This document shows positions 58,477-64,000 of a DNA stretch of 64,000 nucleotides, piece after piece. Under the pieces are notes generated by a model. It ran no database searches, was not told where the DNA came from, and was given only the letters and a program-made list of their open reading frames with translations. The stretch covers positions 32,001-96,000 of the forward strand of contig JBFXLE010000007.1 in the NCBI GenBank assembly GCA_050173015.1, read 5' to 3'. Both the position numbers and the translations under genes were made by a program. Each line of letters opens with the position of its first letter. Within the stretch, counting starts at the first letter, position 1. This DNA comes from Calditrichaceae bacterium (GTDB lineage: Bacteria > Calditrichota > Calditrichia > Calditrichales > JBFXGD01).

Positions 58477-61400
58477 TTATTCCTTATTCGGCATATCCTG
58501 CCCGGTCGGGACACTCTCTGCCGGCCTCTCTTTCACAATTAATCGAGTTTCCATTCTGGATTCATCGGTTCCGTCACTAACAGTAACCGTGATAGTACTT
58601 TCACCCGCCTGATTTTCAGCAGGTGTCCAGCTGAATGCGCCCGATTTTGAATCCAGACTTGATCCCGCCGGCAATCCGCTGGCAGTGTATTTCAGATTAT
58701 CTCCATCCGGCTCATCGGCTGAATAAGAGAAGGTCAGTGTTGAACCGGCTTCGGTTTCTTTTGAAGCCGGCCCTTTGATTTCGGGTTTTCTGTTCACATT
58801 GATTACTGTTATTTTTACCGTTGACGATACCGTTATTTCACCATCAGAGACATTAAATGCCACCTCATATTTACCCGACTGATCATAACCCGGTTTCCAG
58901 CTAAATGTTTGCCCATCGAATGTCGCTCCTTCCGGCAAATTCGCTGCGGTGTAATTGAGTGTTGTGCCGGCGTCTTCATCACTCGCTTCGACAGAGAATG
59001 ACAGAGCTTGCTCTTCATTGACAACCTGGTCATTAACCTGACTAAATACCGGTTTTCGATTTACATTATTCACTGTGATAACCACCGGTGATTTAATCAT
59101 CTCTTCACCATCAGTCACACTGAATGAAACCGTATATGTTCCTGCCTGTTCATAATTCGGTACCCATGTGAACAATCGGGCTTGACTATCAAAATTAGCG
59201 CCATCCGGCAGATTTTCGACTGAGTAAATCAAAGTTGTCCCCTGATCATCGTCCGCCGCGTTTATTTTGAAACTAAGCTCCTTATTCTCATCCACCGACT
59301 GATTCTTTAATTCGATAAACTTTGGAGGACGGTTTACGTTTTCAACCGTTATATCGGCAGAGATATTTGACCCTGCTTTTCCGTCACTTACTTTAAAAGT
59401 TACCTTATAAGAACCGGCCTGTTCAAAACCGGGCTTCCAGGTGAAAGTCCTTGCCGCCGGATCAAATACGCTTCCATCCGGTAGATTTTCCGCAGAATAG
59501 GTCAATGTATTATCCGTATCTTCATCCGTAGCATTAACCGCGAAGGACAGCTCGGAATTTTCTTTAACGATTTGAGCCGCCAATTCCTGCATAACCGGCG
59601 CGCGGTTAAGATCATCTATCGTAATAACGCCGGTTTTTGTGTCAGATAATCCTCCCGTATCCGTCACCTTATATTTAATACTGAATGGACCCGCCTGCAG
59701 GAAATTTGGTTTCCATGTCAACAGACCTGATTTGCCATCAAATACCGATCCTTCCGGCAAACCAGCCGCTTCAAAAACCAGATTGCCCTGATCCTCATTA
59801 TCGGGATCACTTGCAGTCAGATTTACCAGCAGTTCAGTATTTTCAATTCCCTTAACGTCTGCCACTGCCGTTAGCACGGGCGGGCGATTTACATGATTCA
59901 CTGTGATATCAAAAGTCTTTTCATCAGTGAGGCCACCCGGATCGACAGCCGTAATTTTTATACCCGCGTATTCACCGGATTGATCAAAATCAGGAGTCCA
60001 TGTAAATGCTCCTGAAACCGGATCAAATACAGCGCCTTTCGGTAAATTTAATACCGATAATGTTATTTTCCCGTTATCCTCTTTATCAGGATCAGAAAAA
60101 TCAATTTTAGACGTCCATTTCGTGTTTTCATCGATAGTTTGTGACTCCATCACCGCAAGCTGCGGAGCCCTGTTAACATGATTCACGGTAATATTCAGCG
60201 GTTTTGTCACGGTAAACTCGCCATCTGACGCTTTTAAAGTCACCGCGTAGGTCCCGGATTGTTCAAAAGTTGGTTTCCATCCCAATGTTAAAGCTTCCGG
60301 ATCAAATATCGCGCCTTCCGGTAATGTCTCGGCCGAGTAAATTATTTTCCCTGCATCTTCTTTATCAGGATCGACGGCCGGCTTGATCACATATTTGAGA
60401 TCCGCATTTTCATCAATGGTCTGTGCCGGCTGATCCGGGAAAACCGGTGTGCGATTGACATGATTAACCCCAATATTCACATTCTTTTCTACAAATAAAC
60501 CCTGTGGATCTGTATTTGTCACTTTAATGACATAAGTTCCGGATTGTTCGAATGTGGGAGTCCATGTTAGTTCTCCCGCCACGGCATTGAAAACCGCGCC
60601 TTCCGGCATGCCGGCCGCAGATAAGACCCATTTCCCCGCGTCTTCCTTATCAGGATCAGAGGCTTCCGTTTTAAAAGTTAGAAGCGTATTTTCATTGACT
60701 GTCTTGTCGGATATCTCCGCCAGCACGGGTACACGGTTAACATGATTTACCGTGACTACTGTTTTCTTTTTATCCGTTAAACGACCGTCACTGACCATAA
60801 ATTCAACAGGGTAGGTTCCGGACTGTTCGAAAGTCGGTGTCCAGATGAAATCCGTACCTTCCAGGCTTGCTCCTTCGGGAAGCCCACTCGCTGAAAAGAC
60901 AAGTTTCCCTGCATCCTCAATATCCGGATCAGATCCGCTTAGACTGAACGTCAGAGACACATTTTCATCGACAATCTTCGGTTCAAGCGCTGCAAGTACC
61001 GGCGGACGGTTGACGTGTTCCACCGATATATTCATTGATTTGCTTTCTTCAAGACCGGCCACATCTTTCACGGTGAAGATTATATTCTGATAATCGCCGG
61101 ACTGCTCATAATCCGGTATCCAGCTAAACAGAAGTGAATCCGGATTAAATTTTGATCCTTTTGGTAAATTGGAAGCGCTATACTTTAATTTTCCTGTATC
61201 TTCTTTGTCGGGATCGTTTCCTGAAATGGTGAACGTCAGCAAACTGTTCTCATTGACAACTTTATCCTTCAAATCTGCCAAAACCGGCGGGCGATTGACA
61301 TTTGCCACGGATATATCAACATCAATTGAATCACTCATGGCTCCGGCTCTGAAGATGAACTGCAGCTTTTTATACTCGCCTGATTGATCATAAGTCGGTG

Positions 61401-63132
61401 TCCAGGAAAATTCTGCCGTTGCCGGATTAAATTCTGATCCCGCGGGCAGATTTTGAGCAAGATAACTCAATTTATCCTGATCTTCCCTGTCAGGGTCACT
61501 CCCGTTCAAAGTAAATTTTATCACGCTTGCTTCAGCGGCAGCGATTGGCATTACCGGTTCAAGCGTTGGTTTCCTGTCAACATGACGAACGGTAATTGTC
61601 GCGCCTTCACGCATTAAAGCTCCCGGCGGATCATGAATCAGAAAATCTATGGTGTAAACTCCGGACTGTTCAAAATTAGGTGTCCAGTTGAATTTCCTGG
61701 TTTTTGAGTCAAAGATCGCGCCTTCGGGTAAACTTTCTGCCGTGTAAGTCAACAGTCCCTGATCTTCCTTGTCCGGATCAGATCCTTCAGGAATAACAAA
61801 AGCAAGAGGCTTATTCTCATCTATATCGTAATCGGGGATTTCCGGAATGGACGGAGGCCTGTTCACATGGATCACATTGACGCTAAATGTGGTTGGTGTG
61901 GTCAGTTCACTCGCTGTGCGTTCAATAACCTTAATCGTCACTCCCGGATAATCACCGGATTGTTCGAAATCCGGGGTCCATGAAAACGCGCCGCTCAAAG
62001 TATCAAACATGGCGCCCGGAGGCAGGTTTTCGATTTCAAAATGTATGGCGTCGCCATCCGGATCGAAAGCTTCTGCCTGTAATGCAAGAGTCATATTTTC
62101 ATCAACAGTCTGATTTTCTATTTGCGTTATTACCGGCGGGTGATTATGTCGGACAATAATTGTTTTATCGTCTGCGGCAATGTATACATAAACATCGTTT
62201 TTCCATACAGCATATACCTTACCTTCAGAAATATAATCCGCTTCCTTGACCGGTTTTTTAAGATCGGTAACATCCACAATTTCAAGTTTTCTTCTAAGTT
62301 CATTGGCGAGATAGAGCGAATTGCCGGCTTTATACGCATTATAAACATAACCATCAATCGGTACTTTGGAAATCAATGATGGAAATTTCGGATTGGTCAC
62401 ATTAATTATCCAGAGACCATCCGGACCATTGGCAACATAAGCGGTTCCATTGTCCACCTGGACTGTTTTCGCGTTACTCATCTGCGCGTATTGCCCGAGC
62501 CTCACCGGCAAAGCAGGATTTGAAATATCCAGTATAATTAATCCGCCGTTTTTATCGGCTACATATAATGTTGATCCTTCTATATACAGACCCCACGCCC
62601 AGCGTGGTGTATCATAGTTTCCGATCAGCTTTGGCGCGTTCAGATCACTGATATCATATATATTTACCCCAAGTAATTCTTCGGCAACATACACATACGG
62701 ATATTCTGCTACAACCCAAAACGCATCGCCCTTTGTCCGGATTCTTCCAACAGATTCGATATTTGACGGATTTGAAATATCAAGAATTTCGACTCCGTAC
62801 AATTCTTCGGACATATATGCGTAGTTTTCATGAACAAATACGTTGTGCGCCCGGTGCTCTGATCTGTAAACACCTAATTCCCTGGGATTTTCGGGACTTG
62901 TTACATCCAGAACCTGAAGCCCTGACCAGACATTCGTTACATATAAACGAAAATCCTTAAAAAAGATATTTTGAATACCATCAGTCACCTGCTCTCCCGT
63001 CAGCAATTTGGCGGGCGGTTTGGAACTGATAAATTCAGCGCTGGCTTTTTGTCCATAGGTGGGATGATTAAGAACTAATCCAAATAACAAAACAAATAGT
63101 AGATTCCGGAACATGCGTCCTCTGGAATTCAT
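58477..63132 (-). CDS. Large secreted protein: LVIVD-repeat propeller plus 13 cadherin-like/putative Ig repeats
   Basis: Signal peptide, L-x-I-x-D-(I/V)-S-x-P repeats, then 13 units of about 95 aa (NRxP...DPD...LPxGA.F...WTP.FEQSG). Confidence 0.9.
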   Translation of the reverse strand: MNSRGRMFRNLLFVLLFGLVLNHPTYGQKASAEFISSKPPAKLLTGEQVTDGIQNIFFKDFRLYVTNVWSGLQVLDVTSPENPRELGVYRSEHRAHNVFVHENYAYMSEELYGVEILDISNPSNIESVGRIRTKGDAFWVVAEYPYVYVAEELLGVNIYDISDLNAPKLIGNYDTPRWAWGLYIEGSTLYVADKNGGLIILDISNPALPVRLGQYAQMSNAKTVQVDNGTAYVANGPDGLWIINVTNPKFPSLISKVPIDGYVYNAYKAGNSLYLANELRRKLEIVDVTDLKKPVKEADYISEGKVYAVWKNDVYVYIAADDKTIIVRHNHPPVITQIENQTVDENMTLALQAEAFDPDGDAIHFEIENLPPGAMFDTLSGAFSWTPDFEQSGDYPGVTIKVIERTASELTTPTTFSVNVIHVNRPPSIPEIPDYDIDENKPLAFVIPEGSDPDKEDQGLLTYTAESLPEGAIFDSKTRKFNWTPNFEQSGVYTIDFLIHDPPGALMREGATITVRHVDRKPTLEPVMPIAAAEASVIKFTLNGSDPDREDQDKLSYLAQNLPAGSEFNPATAEFSWTPTYDQSGEYKKLQFIFRAGAMSDSIDVDISVANVNRPPVLADLKDKVVNENSLLTFTISGNDPDKEDTGKLKYSASNLPKGSKFNPDSLLFSWIPDYEQSGDYQNIIFTVKDVAGLEESKSMNISVEHVNRPPVLAALEPKIVDENVSLTFSLSGSDPDIEDAGKLVFSASGLPEGASLEGTDFIWTPTFEQSGTYPVEFMVSDGRLTDKKKTVVTVNHVNRVPVLAEISDKTVNENTLLTFKTEASDPDKEDAGKWVLSAAGMPEGAVFNAVAGELTWTPTFEQSGTYVIKVTNTDPQGLFVEKNVNIGVNHVNRTPVFPDQPAQTIDENADLKYVIKPAVDPDKEDAGKIIYSAETLPEGAIFDPEALTLGWKPTFEQSGTYAVTLKASDGEFTVTKPLNITVNHVNRAPQLAVMESQTIDENTKWTSKIDFSDPDKEDNGKITLSVLNLPKGAVFDPVSGAFTWTPDFDQSGEYAGIKITAVDPGGLTDEKTFDITVNHVNRPPVLTAVADVKGIENTELLVNLTASDPDNEDQGNLVFEAAGLPEGSVFDGKSGLLTWKPNFLQAGPFSIKYKVTDTGGLSDTKTGVITIDDLNRAPVMQELAAQIVKENSELSFAVNATDEDTDNTLTYSAENLPDGSVFDPAARTFTWKPGFEQAGSYKVTFKVSDGKAGSNISADITVENVNRPPKFIELKNQSVDENKELSFKINAADDDQGTTLIYSVENLPDGANFDSQARLFTWVPNYEQAGTYTVSFSVTDGEEMIKSPVVITVNNVNRKPVFSQVNDQVVNEEQALSFSVEASDEDAGTTLNYTAANLPEGATFDGQTFSWKPGYDQSGKYEVAFNVSDGEITVSSTVKITVINVNRKPEIKGPASKETEAGSTLTFSYSADEPDGDNLKYTASGLPAGSSLDSKSGAFSWTPAENQAGESTITVTVSDGTDESRMETRLIVKERPAESVPTGQDMPNKE

Positions 63133-63514
63133 AGCGTGCTCCTATTTGTGGTATGCTTCAATGCATAATTAATTGAGAATTAATGATTTAAATTCGCGAT
63201 AATTTACCTTTGTCAGTTTAGGAAATCAAGCTGTATCGTCAAATGGGATTCTTCACAAGTCCTATACTCGGCGATGGCACTTGATTTCTTTAGTAATTAA
63301 ATATTTTACATAACCATAGAATACAGCCGGTATTCCATAGATTTCAGATTGATCCTACTACAAGTTTTTTGCCAAAACCCCGGGGTCTTTTGTATAATTA
63401 ACAATACAATAAATCACCGTTTTTAAATCCTGAAATTGTGCAAAAATTTCCCATCATCAGTATTTTATCACCTCTAAAAAATAACCAAATCCCTAAACGC
63501 TGTGCATGCATATC

Positions 63515-63530
63515 TGGCCTGAGAATTGCA
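63515..63530 (+). promoter_or_regulatory. sigma54 promoter
   Basis: TGGCCTGAGAATTGCA (GG-N10-GC), 36 nt upstream of ATG 63567. Confidence 0.6.
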
Positions 63531-63566
63531 TAGGATATTCTCTGAACAATTAAAAACAGGAATGAC

Positions 63567-64000
63567 ATGCGAAGTATTAAATATATTCTAATACTAGTCT
63601 TCATAACCGTCAATTTAGGTTTAGGCGGAGGCCCGGAGAATCCAGCTCTCAACCAATTCCTCATTGGTTTTGAAAAAAGGATCGATCCCGCCGCAAGAAA
63701 AGCGTTACTCGATCGATATCAGGGAACAATTATCAAAGAAATAAATGGGTATTCATTCCCAGTTTATTTAGTCGAAATCAATCGTGTTTCAACTGACAGC
63801 ATGAATCCTGCTAACGTACTCGACAAACTTGAACATGAAAGCGGAATAATGTACGTTTCATTGCGTGAAAAAAATGACGATGAAAAAGAAATACTTGATG
63901 TTTATCCTACCAATCCGCTGAGGCAGGGTGATTTCAGGATTACAAAACCTCAAACATCAAAATATGCTTCAAATTATAAACCGCAGACCGCAAACTCATA
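63567..64000 (+). CDS. Secreted protein reaching the window edge; N-terminus resembles a subtilase-type propeptide
   Basis: Own translation MRSIKYILILVFITVNLGLGG...NQFLIGFEK...; open to the edge and absent from the ORF track. Confidence 0.65.
   Translation, partial: MRSIKYILILVFITVNLGLGGGPENPALNQFLIGFEKRIDPAARKALLDRYQGTIIKEINGYSFPVYLVEINRVSTDSMNPANVLDKLEHESGIMYVSLREKNDDEKEILDVYPTNPLRQGDFRITKPQTSKYASNYKPQTANS

Noticed and set aside
63398-63664. Minus-strand 88-aa ORF
   Set aside because: Overlaps a better plus-strand gene with signal peptide, RBS and sigma54 motif.

Overview
Window from an FCB-group-like bacterium; Calditrichota is my inference from T9SS/FlgD-type C-termini and gene content. 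1-21.2 kb is a minus-strand housekeeping block: orphan cas6, mrp, recN, PorZ-like protein, ribDE-BA-H, Nudix, sigma54 regulator, copA, lpxB, lemA/TPM and MEMO1. 21.5-33.9 kb is a sigma54 two-component system plus a TolC/CusB/CusA metal-efflux operon with two unusual His-rich partners. 33.9-44.4 kb is a defence island: type I R-M with an inserted rhuM, three tandem GxxExxY nuclease genes separated by hairpins, an integron-type cassette (GIY-YIG gene with attC, no integrase in the window) and an AbiEii-like remnant. 44.6-64 kb holds ccmF, an orphan Pycsar-type effector, AmgK/RapZ-MurU, PilZ, GSDH, DAACS, bVLRF1, rocD and a large Ig-repeat protein. Strongest signals: (1) the hairpin-delimited GxxExxY array, whose outer arms reconstruct an empty insertion site, with an arm of the same repeat in frame inside hsdS; (2) an orphan, motif-degenerate Cas6 with a full sigma54/IHF/palindrome promoter; (3) intergenic hotspots where several palindrome families pile up starting at stop codons. 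All family calls come from motif recognition, not database searches.
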